Of a stretch of DNA of 64,000 nucleotides, positions 1 to 12,845 are shown in pieces. Origin of the DNA: Eledone cirrhosa (Eukaryota); the NCBI GenBank assembly GCA_964016885.1, contig OZ024740.1, forward strand, positions 292,268,001 to 292,332,000. The letters are read 5' to 3'. How positions within the stretch are numbered: the first letter of the stretch is position 1; the number at the start of each line of letters is the position of its first letter. Made by a program: the position numbers and the translations under genes. The notes beneath the pieces were generated by a model that saw only the letters and a list, made by a program, of their open reading frames with translations, did no database searches and was not told where the DNA came from.

Positions 1-248
1 GCGAGCCACCTGTTGTTCTGGGAGTTGATCTTCTGGTCTTATTTGTCCTCCCGGTGCAGATTCCAAGAAGAACTCCGTGTCTCTTCCACAAATTTGGAGG
101 TTCAAAATTATTCATAATCAATTATTCTGAAAATAAATAATGGAAATATAGTCACTATTTTTATGAAGACAAGAGTGACAACAGAAGTAAGAAAAATTTG
201 CATAAAATTAGCAGTTGAAAATTGCGAACAAATATCGTCCGCACCCTG
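1..248 (-). mobile_element. 5' end of an internally deleted Tc1/mariner (maT/DD37D-like) element
   Basis: The minus strand begins TA|CAGGGTGCGG. It then reads MNNFEPPNLWKRHGVLLGICTGRTN, joined out of frame to DQKINSQNNRWLA, which resembles the segment after the first catalytic Asp of DD37D transposases. Confidence 0.6.
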
Positions 249-1699
249 TATATATATATATATATCATCATTGTCGTTTTAATGTTTGCTTTACCTACTA
301 GCAATGGTTGGATGTGTCCATATAAACCAATTCAGTACTGAAGCGGAGCCACTGATCTCCTTGGCAAGTCAGGAGCCTGTATGGTCTCACGTTCTATCGA
401 GTGCTCAGGAGAGGTTCTCATGCCTTTGACACAACTGAGGGTCCTCCCAACCACTTTACAGTGTGCATGAGTGCATTTATCATGTAACTCACCAATGTTA
501 GTAAGGTTGTCATGTCCTTGACATGGTTGAAGGATCCTCCTGATCCTTTGTCTGGCGAACTTTCTATGACTAGATGCCCTTCCTATCACCATATACAATG
601 CTTATGTATAGTAAACATACATTTAGTCTTGTGAGTATTTAAAGCTGTGATCATATCGCAGCTATCTTGGTATTGATGTAAGAATGCTGTGTACATGTAT
701 TTCAGATACTCACCATATCATCAGCTGTACTGCTTTTCACCTTGCATGAAATACTAAAAAATAGACCAAATGGTTCTACTTCTTACAGATGGAGAGAAAG
801 CATTGTAGGTTTAAGTTTTCCAAACCTTGGTTCCGTAGCATGATAGTTCCCTATTCCTACACCTCACCAAGACATTGAATACACACACACATATATATTA
901 TGCTGGTACCACAAAACATCCAGCACACACTGTCAATGTGGTTGGCATTTGGAAGAGCATCCAGTCGTAGAAAACCAGCCCACACTGTAAAGTGGACGTG
1001 TAAAAGTCATGGCAAAAAGCACCCAGCACACACTTCCAACGTGGTTGGCGTTAGGGAGGGCATCTAGCCATAGAAAACCAGCCAGTAACACTCCTATATG
1101 AATGAGACACGGTCACCCGGCCTAACTTGCCTCTAAAGGGGACAAACCTGTCTACCCCATGTTAGCATGGAAGATAGACGTTAATCGATGGTGATGATGA
1201 TGACATCAGTAAGCATAGCCATTTTCCAGATGACAGTAGAGTTCTGTCTTCTTTCTTGCTGACTAAAACTTTGATCTTTGCTAGGTTTACTTTTAAACCT
1301 CTTGGTTCTTGGTTTTTTTTCTTCTCTAAACCTTCAACAGATTTAGCTATAAGAACTAGGTTACAGGCACATAGGAGTTCCCATGGATGGTCAGTCTTAA
1401 ACTCTTTTGTTATGCCCTGAACAACTAGCTATAATAAACCAAAATGTTAAATTCATCACTAGATTCATTGCTAACTCTTTTGAATGATATCTTTGTACAT
1501 GGCTTTCATAGCTCTCATAAAGAATTCCTCTACATTGAATTTTCTTAGTGACCACCAGTACCTTGTCAAAGGCTTTTTCTGGTTTAATAAAGTTTTTTTT
1601 ACTCTTAGTTAAGAACTGAAGTTCTCTCACTAGGAAGAAGATATTAGTGTATTCCATTTTAACATAAATCCAAACTGCATCACATTTAAGCTACTTCCC

Positions 1700-3050
1700 T
1701 TCTTAACTAGTTGTGTTTTCTTCTGTATCATAACTTTGTCCTTCAATTCGATGACTCTAGTTTAGTTGTCTCTTTCTTGAGCAGCAGTTGCTGCATGACA
1801 CTGTGATGCAACTCATTTTATATGACACCTCCCTCTACTACCTCATTGATAGCACAACTAACAAATGCCTGTCTCATTCGTCTGAATATTTTCAGCATCA
1901 CACAGTTTATTCTTACTGTATATATAACTGTCTACTTGAATAGTTGGCCTCTTTGTTAGATCTACATAGAGTAGGCCCTCTTTTTTCCAAGTGTTTCCTC
2001 ATTCACCAACTATCTCCTTATACCGTTTCCATGTGTCTTTCTTTTCATCATTATATGTGCTGACACTGGCTTGCAATATGGATTACCATACACTTCTAAT
2101 CTTGTTGCAGAACATTGGCAAACCCCTTAGTTTCCAGGCATGTCTATTAGCTTTTATGGCTCTGTATACTATGCCATTCTGCTACCATGTCACCTTGCAT
2201 TTTGTATTTACTGCGTTCTATCCACAGATCTGGTCTGATTTGTAGCAGGTTCTTTTGTAGGAACACCCTGTTCTTTATGTAAGAAGTCTATCCTCCTCAT
2301 CAACTTTTTTTTTTTAACCTATATCTGACTATGACTTCTTCAAGATTCCATACTTTCTTTCTACAGATTGTCTTATATTTCTGGGTCCTCGAGCCCTTAT
2401 CTCGAGGTTGCTGGTCACTGGTTTCAGTGGTACAGTCTTCACTAGGGAATGGCTTATATTTGTAACCAGTTACCTATCCCATTTCCTATTGAGTATGGAG
2501 TCTGTTTGGCTTGTGTATTCACCTGATTGGTAGGTTAGTGTCATAGAACTGTGTTTTGATCTTTCCTTATTCCTTGTACCATATCCATATTTTTCATATA
2601 CACTTGAGTCTCGATACTGATGTTGTCCATTAAAGTCAGTGATCATGGTTACATGGTCCCTGTAATTTGTTATTGAAGTAATCTGCAAGAGGGCCTGATT
2701 GGTCTGTCTTGGTAGCTGTTGTGTTACCCATGACTGGCCTAAACTTAAGTATTCTGTCACATTCTCTGACTTATTTAAATACTTAAGGTATCCATTTCTC
2801 TATCAACAATATGCCTACATCACTCACCCCAGTGCTGTTATTCACTCAAAAAAATATGTACCTATGTTCCTTGCCTGTGGGGTGTCTGGCTGAGACTTGC
2901 TTCCATCTTGTACACAGTATGTGTCTTCTCATCTCTGCTCCAATATCACTACACTTAGGCAGGTTGCTTTCATTGCATTTTTGGAGTGCGGAATTCTTTA
3001 TTCAGTGTTACTACTCACTTGTCTCCTCCATGCTGAAGTCCATTAGGAGT
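1700..3050 (-). mobile_element. Degraded RTE-clade LINE, APE endonuclease region
   Basis: ORF 2470-2760 has DFNG...GYGTRNKE...TYQSG...SQTDSIL, matching RTE endonuclease motifs (GDFNGH, GYGxRN, QIDYIL). Many stops; boundaries approximate. Confidence 0.65.
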
Positions 3051-3079
3051 CCTTTCTCTTCTAGTTGAGTTACTTTCAC

Positions 3080-4497
3080 TATGACTCATGTCTCTCCATA
3101 CCCCTGCTAAAAACACTAGCTGTATGGAGGTAGGAAGGGTGAATTCACAGCACACTGGCAGATGAATTCTTAGTGGAAATGAGATATACAGCATACTGGC
3201 GAGTGAACTCCTGTTTATTTTAGACCTCCAGGACATAACAGAAGAATTCAAGACTGGATTTCCATGGAAACTCCTGCATACCGATGATCAAGCCCCTATT
3301 GCAGAAACTAGAAGAAATAGAGTAAAAGTTTTTCCAGACATGGAAACAGAGCCTCAATGTAAACCTAGCAAAAACAGAAAAGGGATGGGTCTTTGATACG
3401 TCAATATGCCAATAAAGAGTAGGTAGAAAGGGGATGTAGTGGGATCATGGGTAGGCTTCATATGTAACAGGTGCACAATAGCCAGAAGGCTCATTAGAAG
3501 TAGTTGGAAGTTTTCAATCTCTTTGTGACCTCCTTAGCAATGGAGGTAGATGTATCATAGCCAGATTAAGAACATGGTGGAATAAGTTGAGGGAGCTGTT
3601 GCCTCTGCTGGCAATAAAAATCTTCCCTCTTAGAGTGAAGGGCCAATCATATGATGCTTGTGTATGAACTGCTATGCTGCATGGCAACAAGACTAGGCTT
3701 TGCTAGATGTGTAATGTTAGTGTGTGTCAATGACAGAGCACAAGTGAACTGAGAGAAATGTTGAGCATAAAAGGAATGGAATGTAGTTTGCCAGAGAGAT
3801 GATTGCATTGGTATGGATATGTGGTATGTAAGGAGAACAATAAGACAGCTGGTTGTTTGAAGTGGTTGAAACTTTGGGAGACTGACAAAAACATGGAATG
3901 AGATGCCACAATATTCTGTCCATCAGTACAGGCTTACAATACTAAAAGCAAACCTGGTGAGAAACTGGAGGTAATCCGAGACTATATAGGGATTGAGAAA
4001 AATCTTCAGTCTGAATAAATGCACCCAGTGCATCCCGTAAGGTAGTTGGTGTTAGTATGAGCATCCAGCCATAGAGGGAATAAACCATGCCAAATATAGA
4101 ATATATGAGCGATGTGGTCACTCCGACCCATCTGATGTCAGACAGTAACAACCCATCCAATCGATGCCAGTGTGGAAGATGAATATAAGATGAAAGTTTT
4201 TGTGTCAGTTGCTGTATATGTCCACATATTGACACTGTTTCAAATGCAAGTGGTGTTGTTTTGTTTATGCCCTGCAATGGAGCATTTTGCCCAACAACAG
4301 TTTGAGAGGACCCGTCAGATATGCAACCTCTCGCGCTGGTGTCAATAAAATGCACTCTGTAGAGCATATGTAAGCGAGATGCAGACACCAGACCTGTTTG
4401 AGAGGTCAGTAACCCCACTTGAGTACTGACACGGTCTGTGAAGGCCTGTCCAACCCTTGCTAGCAGGGAAAATGGACTTTAAATGATGATGATGATG
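3080..4497 (+). mobile_element. Degraded RTE LINE RT/3' remnants followed by SINE-like tail ending in (ATG)n
   Basis: Remnant peptides FPWKLLHTDD (RT LLYADD-like) and YDACV*TAMLHG. The 3' tail is ...GCTAGCAGGGAAAATGGACTTTAAATGATGATGATG. Boundaries approximate. Confidence 0.55.
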
Positions 4498-4925
4498 GCA
4501 TCAGAAGGGCATCTTACCAGGATAACTGTCTCAAAATGTTGGTCTACCTGTGTATGCATGGAAAAACAAAGTAAAAACAATGATGACCACAGCACATGAG
4601 CTGGAATAGCTAAACGAGTATATTTATGTGTGTGTATATACATATATATACATACACACACACACACATATATAGGAGATTACGAAAGACTGTGACAAGT
4701 GGAGAGATGCTGTGCTGAATAGGACCTGTCCCGCCCTTGCAAGCAAGGAAAAGCGGACATAAAATGATGATGATATATATATATGTGTGTGCGTGTGTAT
4801 GTATATGTGTACATGTAGCATCATCAGCATATTTCAACTAGGTTCACTTAGCCTTTCAACCTTCTGAAATGGGTAATATAAGTACTAGGGTGACCACTAT
4901 ACCCAAGAATAGGTTGTCCTATATG

Positions 4926-4962
<37 letters not shown>

Positions 4963-5574
4963 ATCATCAACATCATCGTTTAACGTCCATTTTCCATGCT
5001 AGCATGGGTATATATATATATATATATATATACATACATGTGTGTATATATATATATATATATAAATAAATAAATATATATTGTATATAATTGTGTTTTT
5101 TTTTTCATGTGGTAACTCACTACTACCTAAATTTATTTTCATATCTGTGAGCCTTTCCTACCTAGACCTTGGGGTTGATCATGTGATGAATTTGTGAATG
5201 GAAAACGAATGAATGAATTTTTATGAATGAGCTTTAAAGTGGCGTGGTAGATTGTAAACTGAACCAATCAATATTTTGTGTAGATTTAATGTCTCACACA
5301 CACACACACACGCAAACACACACATACTGTATGTTTTGTGTTTGCTAAATAAGATTTTAAAATTGTTTATCTATTAATTCACTCATCTTGTGGCTAATAT
5401 TAAATATTTCCAATATAAACGTGAGTGAATTGTATCAATGGTGCATAGATTATGCTAATGTGGTTCTATTGATTTTCTTCTAGTCACAAGATTTTCGATG
5501 CATCCATATGTTGATGGATTCCTTTTCAATGCTGTTTTCATAAGACTAGAATTCTCTCTCTCTCCACACACACG

Positions 5575-5609
<35 letters not shown>

Positions 5610-5646
5610 ATACACATATTTATATATATACGTACATACATATACA

Positions 5647-5678
<32 letters not shown>

Positions 5679-5719
5679 CATATGTATACATACATGCATA
5701 TACATACGTATATATATAT

Positions 5720-7305
5720 ATCATCATCATCATCATCATCATTTAACGTCTATCTTCCATGCTAGCATGGGTTTAGGCGGGAATTGTCCCACTTGTGGCA
5801 AGATTGGTCGTCTCGCTCGTATAGGACTGTCTGGCAGGTTTTCTACGGCTGGGTGCCCTTCCTAACACCAACCACATTTACAGTGTGGACTGGGAGGTTT
5901 TTACCGTGTCACCTACACGCCCACATTACAGCGTGGACTGTGTTTTTTTTTTGTTGTGACACCTACGCAACCTCATTTATTTAGGACTGGATTTGTGGTA
6001 CCAACATAACATTACAGAGAAAGGGAGTGGTGTTGGTGGGGTTGGAGTAGGGGTAGTAGGATGGGGGTGTATATTTGGTTAACAGGTGCCTACTGACTAG
6101 GTTTCGCTTTGTACATAGGTAAGGCGGGTCTTCTGTATTATTGCGTAGCGCCAAAGATCTCGGTCCAGTGACATTGTCTTAGAGAGGTGTAAGTCTGTAA
6201 GGTCGGAATTTATCAAATCGTCCATGGTTTTTCTGGGTCTACCTACTCCGTAACTTCCATCAATTTTGATCGCCCTGCACTTTTTTATACAACTGTCGTC
6301 TTTTATGCGCATCACGTGACCATACCAACGTAGTCTTCTCTCAAGTAAACAGCATCTCATCCCTCTTATTCCTAATTTCTCACTTAGTTCATTTATGCTT
6401 TGCCGTTCATGTATATTACTATTACACATCCAACGGAGCATGCATGCTTCGTTCCTCTCCAGTCTGTGCAGATCATCTGCACACAATGCCATGTAACATT
6501 GCTGTTCGTATACAGGCATCATACACTCTGCCTTTCATTTTTAGAGAGAAACCTTTAGTGGCCAATAGTGGTATAAGCTCTCTGAACTTTTTCCATCCCG
6601 TTCTGACTTTGGCTACTGTACCTTCTGAGCACCCTCCACCTCTGCTGATTTTGTCACCCAAGTAACGGAAGGTGTCCACTATTTCTATAGAACCATCTGG
6701 GCAAAAGGAGGGAGCTAAGGACAGAGCCCTGATGAACACTAACTTTTACGCTAAATTCTTCACTATATTCGTTGTTAATTCTAACCTTGCTGACTGTTTC
6801 TTTATACATGGCTTGTATATCTCTCACAAGCCATTCATCAACACCTAGTTTTCTAAGAGCCCACCAGATAATTGTTTCTACTTTTGGCACAAGGCCAGCA
6901 ATTACCCAGTACATTACTGGTACTTTATTTTATCGACCTCTGTATGGATGAAAGGCAAAGTTAACCTTTAGAGCTCACCAGATAATGGAGCGGGGGACTC
7001 TGTCAAAGGCTCTCTCCAGGTCAACAAAAGCTAAGTATAGGGATTTACTTTTAGCTAGGTACTTTTCCTGTAGTTGTACAAGGAAAAGAGCGTCTGTGGT
7101 ACTTTTACCTGACACAAACCCAAACTGCATTTCATCTAAATCAATTCGCTCTCTGATTAGTTGCGCTATAACTTTTTCTGTGACCTTCATGACCTGGTCA
7201 ATTAATTTAATGCCTCTATAGTTTCCCCTATCTAGGGCATCTCCTTTACCCTTGTAGCAGTTAATGCTGATGGTGCTACGCATTCATTTGGTATAACCCC
7301 GTTCT
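5720..7305 (-). mobile_element. RTE-clade LINE, 5'-truncated, with internal deletion and nested SINE
   Basis: ORFs 6975-7283 (YKGKGD..NYRGIKL..QFGF..FVDLERAFDRVPR), 6654-6914 (HQGSVLS), 6473-6739 (FRYLG) and 6097-6522 (RRLRWYGHVMR..GRPRKT). The 3' UTR ends in an (ATG)n tail at ~5720. The YADD segment is missing near 6705. Confidence 0.92.
6873..6969 (-). mobile_element. 5'-truncated SINE inserted in the RTE with a 17-bp TSD
   Basis: AGAGC(C/T)CACCAGATAAT occurs at 6856-6872 and 6970-6986. The body matches the 3' half of the SINE copies at 18215 and 29989. Confidence 0.85.
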
Positions 7306-7403
7306 GTAATATATATACATACATCCCACCCTTGCAAGCAGGGAAAAGCGGATGTATGATGATGATGATGATGACGTATACATACATACATATATATATA
7401 TAT

Positions 7404-7725
7404 GGAGGCACATGGCTTAGTGGTTAGAGCATTGGCCTTGCAATCGAAAGGTTATGAGTTCAATTCTCAGACCGGGTGATGTGTTGTTTCCTTGAGCAAG
7501 ACACTTTATTTCACATTGCTCCAGTTTACTCAGCTGTAGAAATGAGATGATAGGGACTGGGGTCCATATCATTCCACTGTAGAGTGGTCGTGGAGGTGCC
7601 ACGGCAAAAAAGCACCCAGCACTCACTGTAAATGAGGTTGGTGTTAGGAAGGGCATCCAGCTGTAGAAATCAAGCCAGAATCAGTTCCCGTCCCACCCTT
7701 GCAAGCAGGGAAAAGCGGACGTAAA
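7404..7725 (+). mobile_element. tRNA-derived SINE (family A) with RTE-type 3' tail
   Basis: A-box TGGCTTAGTGG and B-box-like GAGTTCAATTC. A nearly identical copy lies in reverse at 59281-59617 (ORF translations 7417-7656 and 59365-59604 differ at few residues). Confidence 0.88.
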
Positions 7726-7739
7726 AAAAAAAAAAAAAA

Positions 7740-9785
7740 TACAAAACTAAGTGCAGTATCCCCCAAAACAGAAAAACTATTATCAGAAAAATAAAAAGAA
7801 CAAACAAAAAAATTAACACACTAAAATACTGCCAACAGCAACGCACACATTCGACGGTTATCGCCCTGCTTGAATCAAATAAATATAACCTCCAACAATG
7901 CATGAAGACCATCATCAATAACCAAAGAACAGCTGAAGAGAAGTGGGCCATTGAGAAAATCAAACTCAACCCCAAAGTGTTCTTTTCATTTGCGCAAAAA
8001 TACAAGGTCTCTGTCTCCACTGTTGGCCCTCTAGTTGATGAAAATGGCATACTCCAAGATATTGCCAAAACCATGGACGAGATACTGCTCTGTTTTCAGC
8101 AATCCTGATATGGCTGATCTGGGCTGTATCAGTGATGTTAATCCCCAACACACTATATCGGACATAACATTTGGTGCCCCTGATGTCTTAGCGGCAATAA
8201 ACACAATTCAGCAGTAGGCCCCCGACAGGTTCCCTGCTTGTGTCCTGAAGGTGTGTGTCGGCACCAACTTGCATCTCCTCTTGCTAATCTGTGGAAGAAC
8301 TCTGGATACTGGCTATATTCCTGAAAACTTTCTATCCCAGTTTTCAAAAAAGGAAATAAGTCCCTTGCAGTGAACTACCGTCCGATCTCACTCACCTCTC
8401 ATATTATCAAAGTATTTGAGAGGGAGTTGAGATCACGAATAACCCACTTTCTCGAAAGTAATGGCCTACTGAACTTCAACCAACATGGGTTCCGTAATGG
8501 AAGGGACTGCCTAATGCAGCTCCTGCATCACTTTGACAATGTTTTGAGAACCTTGGGAGAGGGCTCCAACACTGATGTCATCTACCTTGATTTCAGCAAG
8601 GACTTTGACAAGGTTGATTATAAGATTCTACTGAAAAAAACTATCCAATATTGGTGTCTCTGGAAAGTTACTACAGGGGGTCAAATGTTTCCTGACAGGC
8701 AGAACCCAGCATGTTGTAGTCGAAGGAGTAAAATCAAGCCCACCCGAAGTCAGCAGTGGCGTCCCACAAGGCACTGTGTTGGGCCCACTTCTTTTCATCA
8801 TCTACATTAATGACATTACTGACATCATCAAGCACAGCAACATAAGAATCTTCGCAGATGATTGCAAGCTCCAAAGGGTGATCAATGAGGTGGGTGACCG
8901 GACATGCCTTCAGTCAGACCTACTGGCTGTTATCCAATGGGCAGTAAAGAACAATATGCTGTTGAATGAGGATAAGTTTGAGTTAATCCACTTTGGAAAA
9001 AAGGATGCCCTGAAACTACCATACTCTCTTCCTTCAGGTGAAACTCTCATGGCATCCAACATCAGAGACCAGGGAGTAACTGTGGACAACAACATAAGCT
9101 GCATAAACAGCAAAGTTGACATGGCCCACAGAATGTGTTCCTGGATTCTCAGAACCTTTCAGTCGAGAGATATCCACACTTATCCTTCTCTTCTCCACTT
9201 TTGCCCGACTCCACCTTGAATACTGTTGTCCACTGTGGTCTCCCCACACGAAACAAAGTATCATGAAAGTTGAAGCACCCCAAAGATCAATTACAAAAAA
9301 GATAGATGGCATGACAAGCCTTGACTATTGGAGTCGATTAGAAAAGCTCAACCTTTATTCTCTCCAACGTCGCTGTGAGCGCTACATTATCTGCATGATG
9401 TGGAAAATATTCCATTAGATTTGCCCAAATGATGTTGGCATCACCTTTAATGTACATCCGAGGTTTGGGCCCCGTGTTATCCGCCCACGACAAAAATCTC
9501 ACTCGTATCTCATAACAACAATACGGCACAATTATTTCAGCTCAATTGGCCCCATTCTTTTTAACATTACACCAAAGCACATTAAAACAGAAACAGACCC
9601 CATCAAGTTCAAGAAGCCTTTGAACAAATTCCTTCAAGAAATCCCGGATATGCCTCCGTAAACAATAGCTCTCTACTTGAGTGGGCCATGGTACCTAAAT
9701 CCTGATTTGAACGACTTCGCCAGGTGGTGCTGTTAAGTTAGGCATGGCCTGGGCCAGTACTGACCGAAACCTATCAAAGTTACAT
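7740..9785 (+). mobile_element. CR1/Jockey-like LINE ORF2, 5'-truncated and frameshifted
   Basis: NYRPISLTSHIIKVFER, NQHGFR, YLDFSKDFDKVD, GVPQGTVLGPLLFIIYIND, FADDCK and LEYCCPLWSP are spread over several frames. Confidence 0.92.
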
Positions 9786-9844
9786 ACATACACACATACA
9801 CACACACACACATACATAGATAGATTGATAGAAAGAAAGAAAAA

Positions 9845-10680
9845 GTTGTGCATGGATACTTGAGGCGTAAAACACAGACCATAGAGGGGATAAACCACTC
9901 AAAAAGTCTGGCATGGAGTTCCAACAAGTTTATGACATCACACCTTGAGGGATATCTCTATGCAATACAGGAACAAGAACTCCCTACCAAATATCTGCTG
10001 CACAAAAGAGGAGGGACAGCAGCTGACAATAAATGTAGGCTATGTAAAACAAAGATTGAGGATGTAAGCCACATTGTTGCCAGCTGCGAAAGAATGTCAT
10101 CTCGCTACTACCTCCCCATGAGACACGATGGGATAGCTAGAACCATCTGGAACGCACTTCAGAAAACAAAATTAGCAACAAACGAGGAGGAATATATTGA
10201 GACAGATGGCACTAAGGAATACTGGTGGAACCTGAAAATAAAAACTGCCACCAAATTAAAGCACAACTGGCCTGATATTGTTGTTTGGGACCACACATTG
10301 AAAACGTGTTCTGTTGTGGAGATCAGCTGCCCACTTGATGTAAACGTTGTCAGAAAAATACAGAAGGACATCTACGGACCATTGATGAGGAGTTTACAAA
10401 TCCAGTATCCAAGATACACCTTTAGCTTCATACCCATCATTATTGGAGCTACAGGTTATATACCAACCCGCTTAGACCAAAGTATGACTGAACTTGGATT
10501 TGCGGACAAAAAGCGCAGCTCCCTAATTCATAGTCTACAAATGGCTGCGATAGCTGGCACCTTCAAAATTTGCAAAATATTCTTGCGATTCAAGGGATGA
10601 CAATTTCTTTTCTTTTACAACCTTGCCACCAGGAAGGTGGCCGGTCAAAAATATATACTCGAAATTAAGAGAAAGAGATA
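9845..10680 (+). mobile_element. 3' part of an RLE-type (R2/R4/NeSL group) non-LTR retrotransposon
   Basis: The 250-aa ORF has a CCHC knuckle (CRLC..EDVSHIVASC), the RHD motif and a PD-(D/E)xK-type endonuclease (PDIVVWD..VVEISCP). Confidence 0.88.
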
Positions 10681-10692
10681 TATACATACATA

Positions 10693-10950
10693 TCATCATC
10701 ATCATCATCATCATCAACGTTTAACGTCCATGTTCCACGCTTGCATGGGTTTGGACGGTGATAGTCCCACTTGAGGCAAGAGTGATTGTCTTGCTCGCAT
10801 AGGACTGTCTGGCAGGTTTTCTACAGTTGGATGCCCTTCCTAACACCAACCACATTTACAGTGTGGGTCTGGGAGGTTTTTACCGTGTTGCCTACACGGC
10901 CACATTACAGCGTGGACTGTGTGTTTTTTTGTCGTGACACCTACACGATC
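10693..10950 (-). mobile_element. RTE 3'-UTR/SINE tail fragment
   Basis: Closely matches 5720-5970 and has an (ATC)n tail. Confidence 0.8.
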
Positions 10951-10954
10951 TATA

Positions 10955-12014
10955 TATAATAAGCTAATTCATCAAAGAAATAAAATAACACATTTATTTA
11001 ATGTTATTCTGAAAAATAGTTTCCCTTATTTTCAATAACATCACTCCATCGTTGTACCAGGTTTTTGATGCCTCTTTCAAAAAATACTTTTTTTTTTACT
11101 TGGTCATCATTTTCATATATTTATTGCTTAAATGATTCTACAGAGACCTACACACATGATAATCCGATGGGGCCAAGTCAGGAGAATAAGGTGGATGGAG
11201 TAAAACTTCCCAATTGAAACTCATAATTTTTTGTTGAGTGATTCTTGTTGTGTGAGGTCTAGCGTTGTCATGCTGAAGTACAACTCTTTTTCTATTGAGC
11301 AATGCTGGCCACCATAAACAGCATCTTTGGAATTGGCATTGGGCTTCGATTTTTACTCAACCACTGTCTTTTGCATTGCACATTGTTGTGCAGGACCCAT
11401 TTTTCATTTCTTGTCACAATTCCATCCAAAAAACATTCTCTGCTATTCCTTGAAAGCAAAGAAGAGCAAATGGTCAACCTTTGATTTCATTGAGCATCAT
11501 TCAGATCATGGGGAATCCATTGGCCCAGTTTTGAGACCTTTCCTAGTTCATGAAGAGATGAAATTATGGTTGTATGTTCAGCAAGTTCTCTACTCGTAGA
11601 CTTAGGATTAGCCTCTGCTGCAGCTCGAAGGGCTGTCCTATCCACTGATTTTGGTCTTCCAGAATGAGGGGAATGTTTAAGATCAAAATTACCCGAAGAA
11701 AACTTTGCAAACCACCATTGACATTTTCGATCATTTAGAACATTGTTTCCATACACAGAACAAATGTTTCTTGCAGTTTGGACAGCTGATGTGCCCTTTT
11801 TAAAATTCATTATAGCATACAGTGCCTCAGGTGCTTTTCATCAACGTCCATTTTTAGAGTAAATTGATTATATGTCTCTTAAATTCAATGATGATTAATC
11901 TGAAACAACAAACATTATAGTTTATAGTTAACTTAAATCATCAATTGAGTATTTAGACAGAAGACTTTAAATTCGTCATATAAAAAAACTGACATTACTT
12001 CCTTTCCAACCTAT
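10955..12014 (-). mobile_element. Mariner (DD34D) transposon remnant with internal deletion
   Basis: HTH region in ORF 11487-11810 (..SGRPKSVD..WIPHDL), IVTRNEKWVLHNN, LQHDNARPH and HPPYSPDLAPSDY at ~11160-11200. The 5' TIR-like sequence TAATAGGTTGGAAAGGAAGTAAT is at ~11993-12016. Confidence 0.9.
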
Positions 12015-12039
12015 TACATACATATATTTATATATACAT

Positions 12040-12845
12040 ATGATGCCTGTATACAAACAGCAATGTTACATAGCAGTGAGACATAGGCATTGTGTGCAGA
12101 GGAGCTGCGCAGACTGGAAAGGAACGAAGCATGCATGCTCCGTTGGGTGTGTAATAGTAATATACGCGAACGGCAAAACATAAATGAACTAAGTGAGAAA
12201 TTAGGAATAAGAGTAATCAGATGCTGTTTACTTGAGAGAAGATTATGTTGGTATGGTCACGTGATGCGCATGAGAGACAACAGCTGTATAAAAAAGTGCA
12301 GGGCGATCAAAATTGATGGAAGTTACAGAATAGGTAGACCCAGAAAAACTTGGGACGATTTGATAAATTCCGACCTTACAGACTTACACCTCTCTAAGAC
12401 AATGTCACTGGACCGAGATCTTTGGCGCTACGCAGTAATACAGAAGACCCGCCTTACCTATGTGCAAAGCGAAACCTAGTCAGTAGGCATCTCTTAACCA
12501 AATATACACCCCTACTCCACCCTCCCATTCCCACTAACACCACCCTTTCTCTGTAAAGTTATGTTGGTACCACAACATCCAGTCCAAAATAAATAAAGTC
12601 GTGTAGGTATCACGACAAAAAGACTCAGTCTACGCTGTAATGCGGCCGTGTAGGTAACACGGTAAAAACCTCCCAGTCCACACTGTAAATGTGGTTGGTG
12701 TTAGGAAGGGCATCCAGCCGTAGAAAACCTGCCAGACAGTCCTATACAAGCGATACACGGTCACCCAACAAATCTTGCCTCAAGTGGGACAATTCCCGTC
12801 TAAACCCATGCTAGCGTGGAAGATAGACATTAAACGATGATGACA
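12040..12845 (+). mobile_element. RTE LINE 3' fragment (same family as 5720-7305)
   Basis: ORF 12090-12479 is nearly identical to ORF 6097-6522, with the same 3' UTR and ATGATGA tail. Confidence 0.92.

Noticed and set aside
7404-7475. tRNA gene
   Set aside because: The tRNA-like head continues into a multi-copy SINE body and tail, and I could not fold an intact cloverleaf.
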